Source: Proteus phage phiP4-3. Taken from it: a stretch of DNA of 32,000 nt. This document shows positions 6,728 to 19,815 of this stretch, in pieces; within the stretch, counting starts at the first letter, position 1, and each line of letters opens with the position of its first letter. Below the pieces are notes generated by a model, which saw only the letters and a program-made list of their open reading frames with translations, was not told the origin of the DNA and ran no database searches. The DNA lies in the sequence record MG696114.1; one strand, written 5' to 3'. The translations under genes and the position numbers were made by a program.

Positions 6728-7978
6728 TTATTCTATAAGTTTAGGTAATTGAACACCTAAAATATATGACATTTTAGACTTACCAACTAAATTGTCCCAA
6801 TCATCACCTTGAACTAACATAGATTCTTTTTGAGGTGTTTCGTCTACTTCAATGACTGTATATGGATTAATTGATAACCCATATCGGACCATTAAAGCAA
6901 GTTTAGGTTGTAAACTATCTGGATCGACAACTAATTTATAAGCACCTGCGCCATCAAAATCAATATAAGGTGCATAGAATAAAGAACCTACATGTTCTAG
7001 CTCACCAAGGTTTTGTTTAGTTCCTACAACTACATAGTCAACAGGAGACCAAGGGTCAGAATAAACAGGTAAGCCATTTTTAAGTGTGCCAGCGGCTAAA
7101 GGATAATCAGGATTAATATCCATCCAACCTGATGCAGACAAAATAGCAGCACATCTTGAACTAGCTAAAACATATGTCCCATCATAAGTTGTATTTCTTT
7201 CGATAGACGCATTCATTTCACAAATATAACGATATAAAGTACGTCCTTGTTCAGGAGCAACATCCGTTTTGGTTAAATCTAACATTCCTTTATCAGAAAT
7301 TCCTTTAACCTTATATCGACTAGAAACAGTCATAATTTTTTGGATAACGTCTTTATTAACATCTTCAGCTAAAATAGTAGCTAACATGTCATCAATTACG
7401 GCACCTGCTTCAAACTGGTTTGAATTTAAGTCTTGAGCAAATTCAACTGTGAGCTCTGTTTTAATTTTTCTTGTTCTTACAGGAATATTCCAACGATCTA
7501 ATCTGACAGAAGCTTCTGCTATTTCTACGTCTTTCTTTTCAAAATGTCCAGTTAATGCCGCTTCAGACATAAATCTAATAGAACCATCTATAATTGCTTG
7601 GCCTAAAGCTTCATTTTTTGGTAATGACGTCAAATCTGTAAATGGATTATCTTTAACGACTTTATAAACCACTTCTTCAAATTTAAACATATCATCTTTA
7701 GAATATGATTTAGATGGGTCAAGTTCTTCGATATTTTCTCTTGATTTTATAGCACCAGAATATGTAGCTGGTGTCATAAAACTCATATCTTTATTGTCAT
7801 TTAAATATTTGACACCATAAAGAGTCGCTTCTGGCTGATTTGTATTCTGTATTGCAATTAAATCTGTAAAAATTAAATCATGTGTTGCGCGTGTTAACCC
7901 AACAAGATCAGGACGTCCATTAGATGAACTGGCTGTTGTACTTGATTCGCGCAATAATTTTTGAATCTTATTGGTCAT
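6728..7978 (-). CDS. 24: Capsid vertex protein gp24, 416 aa
   Basis: MTNKIQKLLRESSTTASSSNGRPDLVGLTRAT..., SLYAPY-like GSLFYAPY, ASGW, KLVVDPDSLQPKLALMVRYGLSINPYTV, all T4 gp24-like; located downstream of gene 23. Confidence 0.92.
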   Translation of the reverse strand: MTNKIQKLLRESSTTASSSNGRPDLVGLTRATHDLIFTDLIAIQNTNQPEATLYGVKYLNDNKDMSFMTPATYSGAIKSRENIEELDPSKSYSKDDMFKFEEVVYKVVKDNPFTDLTSLPKNEALGQAIIDGSIRFMSEAALTGHFEKKDVEIAEASVRLDRWNIPVRTRKIKTELTVEFAQDLNSNQFEAGAVIDDMLATILAEDVNKDVIQKIMTVSSRYKVKGISDKGMLDLTKTDVAPEQGRTLYRYICEMNASIERNTTYDGTYVLASSRCAAILSASGWMDINPDYPLAAGTLKNGLPVYSDPWSPVDYVVVGTKQNLGELEHVGSLFYAPYIDFDGAGAYKLVVDPDSLQPKLALMVRYGLSINPYTVIEVDETPQKESMLVQGDDWDNLVGKSKMSYILGVQLPKLIE

Positions 7979-8067
7979 TTTATTTCTCTCTTAAAGTATA
8001 AATCTTTTTAGTTGTTAGAGTTTAAAATATTTTATTAATACTTTACGATAAAATATTAATAAAATAG

Positions 8068-8085
8068 CCCGGTTTCCCGGGCTTT
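8068..8085 (-). terminator. Intrinsic terminator after gene 23
   Basis: - strand AGCCCGG-GAAA-CCGGGCT-ATTTTATT; 7-bp GC-rich stem, GAAA tetraloop. Confidence 0.85.
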
Positions 8086-8096
8086 AAACTTAAAGA

Positions 8097-9647
8097 TTAT
8101 GCACCTTTAACCCACACACGGCGGAAGTAAGCATTCTTACCGATTGAATCTAAAGAAGGCATACCAGAAGTGATTCTGTCTGTTGGAGCTTGTGAACGAG
8201 AATCAGCAAATGGGTTAATACCAATACCGTAACGAGTTTTGAAGCCCATTACTGGTTGGAAGTTCTTAGGATCGCTACCACGTAATGGTGTTAATGCAAC
8301 GTATGGACAGTAGTAGATACCTGCATCCATTTCGTTAGCACCTTTATAACCAACAGTGAAGTAATCTTGACGAGCGTATTGGTCAATATAAACTTTGTAT
8401 TTACCACCAAGAACACCGGCAAATACTGCTTTAGTTGTATCTGTATTCAGACCACGTGCTAAACCTTGAGCAGCTGGAGTAACGTTAACATCAACAGAAG
8501 CTAAGATATTAACAACGTTACGTGAAGCAATCAAGAAGTTACCAGCACCACGACCAGTTTGACGTGCAATTTCTGCAGCTTCTTTATCGATTTGGTATAA
8601 CAGAGATTTGAAGCTTTCACCAGCCCATCTTGCACCACGTGTATCGATTGGGTCTTGGAAGTCAAATACACCTGCTTTTGAACCCATGGTTAATGTCATA
8701 CCAGTTTTACCAGGTTGAGCAGTATAGTTAATCCAGTTAACTAATTCACGGTTCATTTCTAACAGAATTTCTGTAGCCAGGATAGAACTCAACTCAGCAT
8801 CAGCATCCATACCATGTACTGCACGTAAATCTTGTGCCAGTTCGATAGAATAACTTGCTTTAAGTTGTTTTGATTTCGCTTCAACAACTTGTTTGTCGAT
8901 ACGGAAAGTCATTTCATCCCATGGATTGTCTTTAGACTTATTAAAGCTTTGTTGCAGTTCCGCAATACTTGTTGCCATTGCTTCTGCGATTTCTACTAAT
9001 TTACCAGCTTCAATATTCTTAAGAACATCTACTTCTACATCTGTACCTGCAATAGTAACAGCTTCTACAGCTTGTAAATGTGCAGTACCAGTTTCGGCAA
9101 ATTCAAATGTGTAAACTTTACCTTCGGTTAATGATTTTGAAGCTTCGATTTTTTCGAATACTTCGTGAGAACCACGACCACCGTACATTGCATCTGGTGC
9201 AAACATAGGATGGAATGCTTCTTTAGCATCTTTAGCCAGTGGATCTTCACCGTAAATAGAACGTAATGAGAAGTACTGACCAGTTGGTCCATTCATTGGC
9301 TGAACACCAGCGATATCAAACCCGATCATATTAGGGAATGAACGACGAACCATACCCATTACAGCAGGCCCAATTTGAGTTACAGCACCACTTGTTTTAC
9401 CCATAGCAATATTGCTAGCGTCATAACCATGGTCACCACCAACTTCGGCTTCAGTTAAAAAATCACCAAAAGCTTCAGCAATTTTTTCGTCACGATATTC
9501 TGGAGATTTTTGAATATCCATTTCTTGGTTTTCTAAGATTTTAGCCATAATAGCTTGTTTGGTAGAACCTTCGATAACTCCAAGATCAGGGTTGCTCATA
9601 AAACCACCCCATTTTTCGATTAATGCATCTTTATTTTTGATTTCCAT
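8097..9647 (-). CDS. 23: Major capsid protein gp23, 516 aa precursor
   Basis: LTEAEVGGDHGYDASNIAMGKTSGAVTQIGPAVMGMVRRSFPNMIGFDIAGVQPMNGPTGQ, T4 gp23-like. Confidence 0.97.
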   Translation of the reverse strand: MEIKNKDALIEKWGGFMSNPDLGVIEGSTKQAIMAKILENQEMDIQKSPEYRDEKIAEAFGDFLTEAEVGGDHGYDASNIAMGKTSGAVTQIGPAVMGMVRRSFPNMIGFDIAGVQPMNGPTGQYFSLRSIYGEDPLAKDAKEAFHPMFAPDAMYGGRGSHEVFEKIEASKSLTEGKVYTFEFAETGTAHLQAVEAVTIAGTDVEVDVLKNIEAGKLVEIAEAMATSIAELQQSFNKSKDNPWDEMTFRIDKQVVEAKSKQLKASYSIELAQDLRAVHGMDADAELSSILATEILLEMNRELVNWINYTAQPGKTGMTLTMGSKAGVFDFQDPIDTRGARWAGESFKSLLYQIDKEAAEIARQTGRGAGNFLIASRNVVNILASVDVNVTPAAQGLARGLNTDTTKAVFAGVLGGKYKVYIDQYARQDYFTVGYKGANEMDAGIYYCPYVALTPLRGSDPKNFQPVMGFKTRYGIGINPFADSRSQAPTDRITSGMPSLDSIGKNAYFRRVWVKGA

Positions 9648-9667
9648 TTTAATACCTTTAAATTAAA

Positions 9668-10462
9668 TTAATTGATTTTTTTAGCCGCAGCTGTATAAAC
9701 ACTCATTGGGTCGTTTTTTACGACAGGATTTTCTGGGGTATAGTTGATACCGCTCTCATCAGTAGTATTTATAGCTTCAGAAATAGGTGCTTTTTCTTCA
9801 TTAGTTTTAGACACCATAGAAACAATAGCTTCTAAATTATCTTTGAACTTATCACCATAAGCAAGTCCTTCAATTAAAGAAGCAACTTTTTCTTTTTGTG
9901 ATTCAGTCAAATTTTGAGTTTCTTCTTTGATAATTTTTTCTTTTTCAAGAGTGTTTACTTTTTCTTGCAAAGATACAGTTTTATCGAATAATGAAGCAAC
10001 TTCAGATTTACTTTCTTCCAGTTCTTCTTCCATTTCTTTGACTACATCCACAGATTCTTCAGGAAGAATAACATTATGGTCAATAACTACGGTTTTAATA
10101 CTTTGGAACATAGATTCAAATAAATCGGCTTTAATACCATTAGTCACAGCTAATTTATTTTCTTCTAACCACTGTTCTGATACATGGTCCATAAATTTAG
10201 AAATGTTTTCGGTCATTTCTGTTTCTATAGCAGCTTGAACAGATTCTTTAATCTCTAGTTCTTTTTGCTCAGCTTTTTCAGTTAAGTCATTGATATGGGT
10301 TTCTGCTAATTTGATAGCATTAGTTTTTACTGCGTTTTCGAAAACAGTGCTGAATTGGGCTTTTACATCATCAGACAATTCAACTGATTCGAAAATGCCA
10401 TCTAGAGCTACAGAAACATCATTGATTTTCTGTGCTTCTTCAATTAAGAATTCTTTAAGCAT
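9668..10462 (-). CDS. 22: Prohead core scaffold protein gp22-like, 264 aa
   Basis: Lys/Glu-rich coiled-coil-like protein directly upstream of gene 23 and downstream of gene 21; size and position match gp22. Confidence 0.88.
   Translation of the reverse strand: MLKEFLIEEAQKINDVSVALDGIFESVELSDDVKAQFSTVFENAVKTNAIKLAETHINDLTEKAEQKELEIKESVQAAIETEMTENISKFMDHVSEQWLEENKLAVTNGIKADLFESMFQSIKTVVIDHNVILPEESVDVVKEMEEELEESKSEVASLFDKTVSLQEKVNTLEKEKIIKEETQNLTESQKEKVASLIEGLAYGDKFKDNLEAIVSMVSKTNEEKAPISEAINTTDESGINYTPENPVVKNDPMSVYTAAAKKIN
9766..9773 (-). promoter_or_regulatory. Candidate T4-type late promoter for gene 23, inside the 3' end of gene 22
   Basis: Exact TATAAATA on the - strand (TATTTATA on +), about 120 nt upstream of gene 23. 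Confidence 0.45.
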
Positions 10463-10491
10463 TTTTAAGTCCTGTTGTTAAATTACATAAT

Positions 10492-10499
10492 TATTTATA
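10492..10499 (-). promoter_or_regulatory. Candidate T4-type late promoter for gene 22
   Basis: Exact TATAAATA on the - strand in the gene 21 stop region, about 30 nt upstream of the gene 22 ATG. Confidence 0.65.
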
Positions 10500-11121
10500 A
10501 CGCTTGTTTTAAGCGCTGTGATAATAAAGAAAATGCCTTGTCAGCACTATTTTCCATATTTTTAGGAATATCTACAGATTCCTGAATTCTTTTTGGAGTA
10601 ACCATAGCATCTGGTGCTGAAGGACCCCATACAACGTCTACACCTACTGTTAATCTATAACCTTCTTGAACAACGTTATATCCTTTACCAGAAGATTTTA
10701 AAGAACCAAGGCCACGAGAACTTACACCTGGAATCCATCCAGCTCGTATATTAGCAGCAAGCTTATCGCCTGGGCCGTAATCGCCTTCAATGACTCTAGC
10801 TCTCCCATACACGTTATTGCCTTCCCACCACAATTTTTCTATTAAAATCGCTGCTTGCATCGGATCAACTGAAGCTCTTGGTGGGTGGTTTAATTCGCCT
10901 AAAGCCTGTTTAGAATTAACTTGTTCTTTTATGTACTTACTTACGGCTTGTTCTAGGATTTTTTTAGGATAAAGTCGTTTATTTCTATTAACGACTTCAG
11001 CCTGCATAAAAATACCTTCAATATAAAGAGCGCCGTCTGATTCTGAAGATTCAATTAAGGGTGTTCCGTTTAAGGTTTCACCTGGTAATCCCCAGTCTTC
11101 GATTAAAAGTATTTCACTCAT
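10495..11121 (-). CDS. 21: Prohead core protease gp21, 208 aa
   Basis: [29 protein letters not shown] (His) and [10 protein letters not shown] (Ser), typical of the T4 prohead protease family. Confidence 0.93.
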   Translation of the reverse strand: MSEILLIEDWGLPGETLNGTPLIESSESDGALYIEGIFMQAEVVNRNKRLYPKKILEQAVSKYIKEQVNSKQALGELNHPPRASVDPMQAAILIEKLWWEGNNVYGRARVIEGDYGPGDKLAANIRAGWIPGVSSRGLGSLKSSGKGYNVVQEGYRLTVGVDVVWGPSAPDAMVTPKRIQESVDIPKNMENSADKAFSLLSQRLKQAL

Positions 11122-11540
11122 AACCCTAAGGCCTCTCTTCTCTTCATCGCTTTTTTACGTTTTCTTTGAGCACGTGTTTGGATAGAAGGATTAGCGCGTT
11201 TAGTTTTTACGGCTCTTCTTGCAATTTGTCTACGTTTAGATTTACTTAAACCAGTTGTTTTAAACGCATTTCGTTCGCGTGTTTTACGGTCTTTAGTTCT
11301 TGTAACTTCACCGCGTGAAGAAACATGTTTAACAATATACTCGTTTAAAGGCATATTTTCGTTTAATGAGCCCATACAAATTGCAGTACCAAAATCACCA
11401 CTAGAAGCAATGTTCTCTATAATTCTATTTATATCGGTTTTTTCTAACGCTTTTATAAGGTCGAATTGTTTACTTGCTTCTTCAGAAAAAGATTCTATGT
11501 TTTCTAATGTGATGTCGAAATCATCTTCTACAATAATCAT
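11118..11540 (-). CDS. 68: Prohead core protein gp68-like, 140 aa
   Basis: Position between 67 and 21, size, and strongly basic C-terminus ([18 protein letters not shown]). Confidence 0.8.
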   Translation of the reverse strand: MIIVEDDFDITLENIESFSEEASKQFDLIKALEKTDINRIIENIASSGDFGTAICMGSLNENMPLNEYIVKHVSSRGEVTRTKDRKTRERNAFKTTGLSKSKRRQIARRAVKTKRANPSIQTRAQRKRKKAMKRREALGL

Positions 11541-11551
11541 AAGAATTCTCC

Positions 11552-11779
11552 TTATTCGGCATCTTTGTCATCTTTATCTTTTTTAGTATCTTTAACGTCT
11601 TTTTCATTGTCATCTGAATCGTCTTTGTCAGATTCTTCGCCTTCGACAAAAATATTTTGACAGATTTTTAATTTTTCGGCTTCGATTAGACCTAGTGTTC
11701 GCTCTTTCATTGCTTCACTGAAAAGTTTTTTAACCTCTACAAGGTCTTTATTTTTAATTGCTACAATTATGTCTTCCAT
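11552..11779 (-). CDS. 67: Prohead core protein gp67-like, 75 aa
   Basis: Small protein with acidic C-terminus ([25 protein letters not shown]-like tail) directly downstream of gene 20. Confidence 0.8.
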   Translation of the reverse strand: MEDIIVAIKNKDLVEVKKLFSEAMKERTLGLIEAEKLKICQNIFVEGEESDKDDSDDNEKDVKDTKKDKDDKDAE

Positions 11780-13330
11780 TTAAAATTCCTCGGGCTCATC
11801 ATTAAATTTAGAATCTTTAGATTCTAGTTCTATTTGTTTAAATTCTTGTTCTATTTGTTCATCTGTCATTTTAAGAATATCTTTCATAACAGATCTATTA
11901 GAATAATATTTACCGATAAACGGTTCTACCATTTGAAGCATATTCAATCTACGTTCTAATATTTCGGCATCTTTAAGTTCAGTAAAATATGAATCATTAT
12001 TAAAAATGATTTTAATATTATTACGCTCTTCGTTCCATTCTTCTTCTGTAATAATCTTTTTAAGGATTAAATTAGATTTAAGTGGGTCTGAAAGAATAGC
12101 CTCAAATTGATGTCTAAGAATTTTGATAAATTTAAAAAAGTTTACCTCATCCCGAGTTATTTCTGAGCCCATTCCAAAATTAACACCACCTTGTGGATTA
12201 GGGATTCTAGATAACGGAATTCTTAGTGCTTCATATAATTTTTGATTAAACCATCTGACGTCTTCTATTTCATTCATTCCTGTTGCACCAGGAAGAGAAG
12301 TAACATCAGTAACTGCTTTACCGTCACGTCTTTGTAACCAGTAGTCTTCAGTCATAGCCATATTATGTTGTTGGTTCTTAATTTTACCTGTAGTTGCATC
12401 ATAGACAACTCGGTTTTTAAGCCCATTCATAATATTGTTCATGTGTTGTGTTGCTTTTTTATTTGGCATGTTACCAGTATCTATGTAAAACACTCTTCGT
12501 TCCGGAGAACGTGTGATACGATAAATGACCATAGCATCTTCTAATAGTTTTAATTGATTAGCCGGTTTAACAGCTCTATGCAAATATCCGATAATATTTT
12601 TACCGCATTCATCAACTAAACCAGAGTGAGCATAAACTATAGCAGATTTTGGGATAGATATTTTAGTGTTAGGACCGTATATTCTACCGCCAATTGTATA
12701 ACTTTCATTTCCAGTATCATAGATAAAAGATTCTTTATACCCTTTAACAACCTTTACATTATTTTCTGTTTCAGTGATAATTTCTCTGACATATTGGACA
12801 TTAAAAGGATTTAATCGTCTAAGTTCCATTATCCCTTTTTTAGGGTTATTAACATCTATTACTTTATGGAAATAAATTCTAGAATCAATATACCATCTTC
12901 TAAAATGATCTTGAGCTCTTCGTCTAAAATCTAAAATATTTAAAACTGAATCAAACTCTTCTTGAATTTTTGTTTTAATAGAATCGCTAAATGAAGTACT
13001 ATCTAAATTTATTGATACAACTTCTTCGTCGTCATCAAAAACTATAGCATCGTTGACTATTTCAGAAACAGCATTATCAACTTCATGTATATTAACTAAA
13101 GCCCGATAGGTTTTAATTAAATCTGTTGTGTTTTTAACTTCTGGACTTATATTAGAACCGAAGAATTGTTGCATTAAAACATTATATGAAGATGAATCAG
13201 ATTCATATTCTATAGCGCCATCATCAAATTTAGGAGCTGTTATAGAATCATTGTTATTATTAATTATTTGGTTATACGTTGATTGGTCTTCTTTAGCCCA
13301 AGGGCTAAACATTTTTAAAGTTTCAAACAT
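11780..13330 (-). CDS. 20: Portal vertex protein gp20
   Basis: [78 protein letters not shown]4 gp20-like. Start revised to ATG at 13330 ([15 protein letters not shown]), preceded by GGAG; the track start at 13363 lies upstream of a late-promoter match. Confidence 0.95.
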   Translation of the reverse strand: MFETLKMFSPWAKEDQSTYNQIINNNNDSITAPKFDDGAIEYESDSSSYNVLMQQFFGSNISPEVKNTTDLIKTYRALVNIHEVDNAVSEIVNDAIVFDDDEEVVSINLDSTSFSDSIKTKIQEEFDSVLNILDFRRRAQDHFRRWYIDSRIYFHKVIDVNNPKKGIMELRRLNPFNVQYVREIITETENNVKVVKGYKESFIYDTGNESYTIGGRIYGPNTKISIPKSAIVYAHSGLVDECGKNIIGYLHRAVKPANQLKLLEDAMVIYRITRSPERRVFYIDTGNMPNKKATQHMNNIMNGLKNRVVYDATTGKIKNQQHNMAMTEDYWLQRRDGKAVTDVTSLPGATGMNEIEDVRWFNQKLYEALRIPLSRIPNPQGGVNFGMGSEITRDEVNFFKFIKILRHQFEAILSDPLKSNLILKKIITEEEWNEERNNIKIIFNNDSYFTELKDAEILERRLNMLQMVEPFIGKYYSNRSVMKDILKMTDEQIEQEFKQIELESKDSKFNDEPEEF

Positions 13331-13350
13331 AATATCTCCATTGTTACTAA

Positions 13351-13358
13351 TATTTATA
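13351..13358 (-). promoter_or_regulatory. Candidate T4-type late promoter for gene 20
   Basis: Exact TATAAATA on the - strand, 20 nt upstream of the revised ATG and followed by a GGAG ribosome-binding site. Confidence 0.7.
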
Positions 13359-13369
13359 TCCATTAATAA

Positions 13370-13383
13370 GGGCCCGTAGGCCC
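13370..13383 (-). terminator. Putative hairpin/terminator between genes 19 and 20
   Basis: - strand GGGCC-TACG-GGCCC followed by TTATTAAT; short GC-rich stem, weak U tract. Confidence 0.55.
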
Positions 13384-13387
13384 ATTA

Positions 13388-13879
13388 TTATTCGGTCCAG
13401 TCAACAGAGAATGTTACTTCAAATGTTTCAACTTCGTTATTTGAGTCCCAATCTAATTGAACTTCACCAACGTTAGTAGGCCAAATTCCTTGGACTGTCT
13501 CTTCGTGTGTAACATCTTTACCATTACGATGGAATTGACGGATTAAAGCAGTTTTCTTATATTCTGCAGGAGAAGCACCAGAAATTTCGTCACCACGGCC
13601 ATGTGTTAAATGCGACCAATCAAGGATTTTTTGACGAGTTGAGTGTGCATCATCATTATAAACCGTAATTGTCCAGTCATCATAAGTACGGTCACCGGCA
13701 ATATTTAGTTTACGGTTCATGTACCCAACAGGAATTTTTTCTACCACACTTGGCGGCATAGTTGCTGCTTTACATTTAAGTTTAAAATTATTACCTAAAA
13801 ACGGAATTTCGACCTCGAACAAGTTTGGACGAGCGAAATCTCCTGATTCAAAGGCACGTGTTAAATCTGTAAGATTCAT
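13388..13879 (-). CDS. 19: Tail tube protein gp19, 163 aa
   Basis: Size, position between 18 and 20, and tail-tube-like sequence (FARPNLFEVEIPFLGNNFKLKCKAATMPPS...YDDWTITVYNDD). Confidence 0.93.
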   Translation of the reverse strand: MNLTDLTRAFESGDFARPNLFEVEIPFLGNNFKLKCKAATMPPSVVEKIPVGYMNRKLNIAGDRTYDDWTITVYNDDAHSTRQKILDWSHLTHGRGDEISGASPAEYKKTALIRQFHRNGKDVTHEETVQGIWPTNVGEVQLDWDSNNEVETFEVTFSVDWTE

Positions 13880-13897
13880 TATTTAATCCTTTTATAA

Positions 13898-13913
13898 AAG
13901 GCCTTTCGGCCTT
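13898..13913 (-). terminator. Intrinsic terminator between genes 18 and 19
   Basis: - strand AAGGCC-GAAA-GGCCTT-TTAT, just after the gene 18 stop (13917). Confidence 0.75.
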
Positions 13914-13916
13914 ATA

Positions 13917-15914
13917 TTACTGTTGTTGAGGTCCAATTAATTCATCAAAATCAGCGCCAGTATTTGTAGCGATAAAGTTCAATGTAATATAGTTAATACT
14001 ACGTGCAGGTTTAATATAGATAGAAGCTACAAATTCTCCTCTATCGATAACTGCAGGAGTATTGTTTGTTGTATCACAAACTACACGGAAATCATACATT
14101 GCACCAAGTGATTTTAATCCAGCCAGATACTGAGAAACTTCCATTCTGAACGATTTACGAGTAAAATCATCATTGATTTCGAATAATTTATATTTAGCGG
14201 AATCACCAATATTTTTCTTAAGCATATTAAACAGTCTACGAACGTTAATATGGTCAAATGGAGTTGGAGCTAATGCGCCAGTTTTATCTCCGAATAAAAT
14301 GAATCCATCACCACCTGCAAATCCTGCAACAGGGTTAATTCCTAATTGATACAGTTCATCACGATGTGATTGTCTTGGCTCAATAGCAAGTTTAATACAA
14401 TTCATGATTTGACCACGATTATATCCAGCTGGTGAAGCCCATGGTTGTGCAACTGAATCTGTTCTAGCACATAATCCTGCAATATCTGCTGCTAATGGAA
14501 CCCATCTATTAACATCATTGTACTTGTCATACTGATATTTATAGTTGCCGTCAATCTCAAAATATGTACTATTAACGTTCATATTGTTGTCTAGGGCTTC
14601 GCCTGATGAACTTCTACCTTTTCTCCATGATGTTATATTAGAAACGGCTTTGGCCAAAGGAACGTTAACCAGGAGCTCTCTTGGAGGAGAAATTAAAGCT
14701 AAACAATCTTGACGTTCATCTGCAATAGAAATAACATGTTTTTGGACAGTTGATGCAATTTCTTCAGATTCACCAGCACAAGATCCAGCAATCAGCAAAT
14801 TAACATGTAATGATTCACGATCAGCAAAATGGTCCCAAGCTTGCATTAAATCACCAGCAGAAACAGTTTTATTTGATGATAAACCGCCACCTAATTTAAT
14901 AAATCCAGAAAAACCTTTAGGCCAATTCATTGAACTAGCATAAATGAATTTACTAGAACCTTTAGAGAAATAGTCATCCATAAAAATGTTAGAACCATAC
15001 ACATCTTTATCGCCGCGTTTAACACTAAGAATCATAGATTCTTGGATAATTCCGTCAACACGAACAATGATACCATACTGGTCTTCATTTTGAGGTCCAT
15101 ATTGGAATACTAAAGGACCAGAAGTTTGTTTTTCGCCACCATCTGGGTATTGATTTATAGTCGTATTTTTCTCATAAGATTCTTTAGAGACTATTTCTAC
15201 TTCAATATTAGAACCTCGTTCACCCGGATATACGGCTGCAATAGCAGGTAATGAATAAGCTTTAATTTGTTCCATATATTCTTCAGAAGTAATAATACTA
15301 TTTGCAGAATCAGATTCTGTTAGTAAAATACCTGAATCAACAATAATAGAATCTAAAGTGATTGAACCTGCAACACCAGAAGTACTTTTTGAAACTTCGG
15401 CAGTCCATCCTGCACCTAATTGTGGGTATGTGCCAATTGCTTTTGAATGTGCAATAATTTTAGCTGATGGAATAAAAATCTTCTCAATTTTTTTAGTATC
15501 ACTAGCAACTTGTGTAACAATACCGTCTTCTTCAATAGTTTTATTATTGTATTTTACAACAACTTTATCGCCTACAGTGTAGTTAGAACCACCTGAAACG
15601 ATTTTAGATTTAATTTGTCCAAATAATGGTGAAGCATTTTTAGCATTTTTTGTGTCAACAGCCCTTACAACACGTAAATCATTACCGTACTGTAAAAAGT
15701 TCATAGCACTAATAAAATAATCTGCTGTATCATTATTAGGGCCACCAAAAGTGTCAACTAATTCTACTTCATTTGTAATTTGTACAACTTGGAACGCTGG
15801 ACCCCATGCAAATTTACCTGCAAGAGCCGCTCTTCCTGTAGCGTTTCTGACAATCGTAGATTGTACGCTAGTTTCCCTAGATTCAACTCCAGGTGAAAGT
15901 AATGTCGATGCCAT
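13917..15914 (-). CDS. 18: Contractile tail sheath protein gp18, 665 aa
   Basis: LLSPGVESRETSVQSTIVRNATGRAALAGKFAWGPAFQV..., C-terminal FEINDDFTRKSFRMEVSQYLAGLKSLGAMYDFRVVCDTTNNTP; T4 sheath-like. Confidence 0.95.
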   Translation of the reverse strand: MASTLLSPGVESRETSVQSTIVRNATGRAALAGKFAWGPAFQVVQITNEVELVDTFGGPNNDTADYFISAMNFLQYGNDLRVVRAVDTKNAKNASPLFGQIKSKIVSGGSNYTVGDKVVVKYNNKTIEEDGIVTQVASDTKKIEKIFIPSAKIIAHSKAIGTYPQLGAGWTAEVSKSTSGVAGSITLDSIIVDSGILLTESDSANSIITSEEYMEQIKAYSLPAIAAVYPGERGSNIEVEIVSKESYEKNTTINQYPDGGEKQTSGPLVFQYGPQNEDQYGIIVRVDGIIQESMILSVKRGDKDVYGSNIFMDDYFSKGSSKFIYASSMNWPKGFSGFIKLGGGLSSNKTVSAGDLMQAWDHFADRESLHVNLLIAGSCAGESEEIASTVQKHVISIADERQDCLALISPPRELLVNVPLAKAVSNITSWRKGRSSSGEALDNNMNVNSTYFEIDGNYKYQYDKYNDVNRWVPLAADIAGLCARTDSVAQPWASPAGYNRGQIMNCIKLAIEPRQSHRDELYQLGINPVAGFAGGDGFILFGDKTGALAPTPFDHINVRRLFNMLKKNIGDSAKYKLFEINDDFTRKSFRMEVSQYLAGLKSLGAMYDFRVVCDTTNNTPAVIDRGEFVASIYIKPARSINYITLNFIATNTGADFDELIGPQQQ

Positions 15915-15944
15915 TGATTTATCCTCATTTGTTTATAGTATTTA

Positions 15945-18195
<2,251 letters not shown>

Positions 18196-18197
18196 AA

Positions 18198-18983
18198 TTA
18201 CCTCGGTTTAGGCTTATCAGGATCAACAGGAATAGGCTTATTTCTAGAATATGTAGTAACACTTTCTCCATCCCAATCCGCTTCCTGAACGTCATCTGGG
18301 ACTACCTGGTGATCTACTGATTCAAATTCTTCGAATTCTTCAAATTCTCCTTCAGGAGTAAGTTCTACTTTCTCATTAAAGAAATTAACATATACTGTTT
18401 TAATTTCGCCTTTAATGTCAGCAACAGGTGGATAAATCCATCCATTAACTTCAAACATAATAGACCATTCTATATGTCTTCTTGTATTAACATCACCATC
18501 TGGTGTTTCATCAATAGCAACACTTTGGAACGCTATTCTTATATCTCTATCAAATTTTTTAATAGGATTTGTATGCATTTCTGTAATTGTTGTATTAAAA
18601 TGTGGTTGGAAATAAGGAAGAATCTGCTCAACAATTTGAAACATATCGTCCTGATTTCTAGTGTATATTCCTAATTCAAATATCATCTTAAAAGCCGTTG
18701 GCGCGTATTGAGAATATGTTCTTAACCCATTTTCTCTAGACATGGTTCTATTAGCTTGAGAAGTTTTATACCCAGAATTATACATCATATCAACAAGGTT
18801 TAAATTCATTCGTGGTAAAACTGTTTCGACTTTAGCAATATTTTCTTGACTAGAAGGGTTTGTATATTTATTTAATACTTGAACAAATCTTTCTTTAGAT
18901 TTATATGTAATAGGAACTCTTATATATTTTATTTTATCATCTCGTATCCTGGCAACAGAAACATGAGAGAATAAATCTCCCAT
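18198..18983 (-). CDS. 15: Tail sheath stabilizer/completion protein gp15, 261 aa
   Basis: Position between 14 and 16, size, and sequence such as [64 protein letters not shown]. Confidence 0.88.
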   Translation of the reverse strand: MGDLFSHVSVARIRDDKIKYIRVPITYKSKERFVQVLNKYTNPSSQENIAKVETVLPRMNLNLVDMMYNSGYKTSQANRTMSRENGLRTYSQYAPTAFKMIFELGIYTRNQDDMFQIVEQILPYFQPHFNTTITEMHTNPIKKFDRDIRIAFQSVAIDETPDGDVNTRRHIEWSIMFEVNGWIYPPVADIKGEIKTVYVNFFNEKVELTPEGEFEEFEEFESVDHQVVPDDVQEADWDGESVTTYSRNKPIPVDPDKPKPR

Positions 18984-19068
18984 TAATACTATGTACCTTC
19001 TTAACGAGCTATTGTACCAGTGTCCAAAAATAACCCACCCCCATCATTTAATTTGTTTATATACTTAT

Positions 19069-19812
19069 TTATTCAAAGTCATCAAACGGCGTTCCTCGCC
19101 CAGTCCCAACATAATATGGTTGAACGAATTCTTTGGCTTCACTATTAATCTGCTTAACTTCTGAGTATTCGTCTGATGTAATGTCAGCTAAGCCATCTAA
19201 GTTTTTAACTGGTTCTAAGTCTAAAACACTAAACTCATCTATTTCTATTCCTTCATTTCTTTGTAATTCAGGATTCAGTTCTTCACCAGAATAAATGAAT
19301 TTCTCTGCTACGATTTGGCGTTGTGCATTTTTTCCAACTTGATAAAACGGTGTATACGGTTCGACCCAATTTATTTCGAATAATGAATTGTCCATAGGAA
19401 AATAAATTAAATCGCCTTCAATAGGTTCTTTACCATTAACTTGATGCTTGAACAAAGATGGATTTATAATGAATTTAACTTGGTCATTAACTTGATACCC
19501 AAAAGACGAAATAAAAGAGTTGTCACCGGAATACCCTTCATATGAATCTAAATATGCTGCAAATTTCCAAGCTTTAGTAAATTTAGAATTCGGATCTTCT
19601 CCAAATAAAAGGTCTAAATTAGCGTATTCTCTAGGAATATAATATAATTCTAAACCTCTCATTTGTATTGTTTCTTGAACTAAAACATCAGCTAATTCTT
19701 GTGTGTTTCCGTGCTTCATAAAATTGACATAAGGGTTCAGTATCTGACTCTCATTTGTTTTATGATAACCAGAATCATTTTCTAATTTTGCAAATAAGCT
19801 ACTATCATACAT
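19069..19812 (-). CDS. 14: Neck protein gp14, 247 aa
   Basis: [62 protein letters not shown]; position and size as in T4. Confidence 0.88.
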   Translation of the reverse strand: MYDSSLFAKLENDSGYHKTNESQILNPYVNFMKHGNTQELADVLVQETIQMRGLELYYIPREYANLDLLFGEDPNSKFTKAWKFAAYLDSYEGYSGDNSFISSFGYQVNDQVKFIINPSLFKHQVNGKEPIEGDLIYFPMDNSLFEINWVEPYTPFYQVGKNAQRQIVAEKFIYSGEELNPELQRNEGIEIDEFSVLDLEPVKNLDGLADITSDEYSEVKQINSEAKEFVQPYYVGTGRGTPFDDFE

Positions 19813-19815
19813 AAT

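Noticed and set aside
14536-14543. Exact TATAAATA on the - strand inside gene 18
   Set aside because: Deep inside coding sequence (GNYKYQYD) and more than 600 nt from the next gene start; most likely coincidental in AT-rich DNA.
18984-19068. 85-nt gap between genes 14 and 15 as a possible small gene or RNA
   Set aside because: Only a 12-codon reading frame is present; promoter-like AT stretches (AATAAATA, TATATAAACA) are imperfect and no strong fold was seen.
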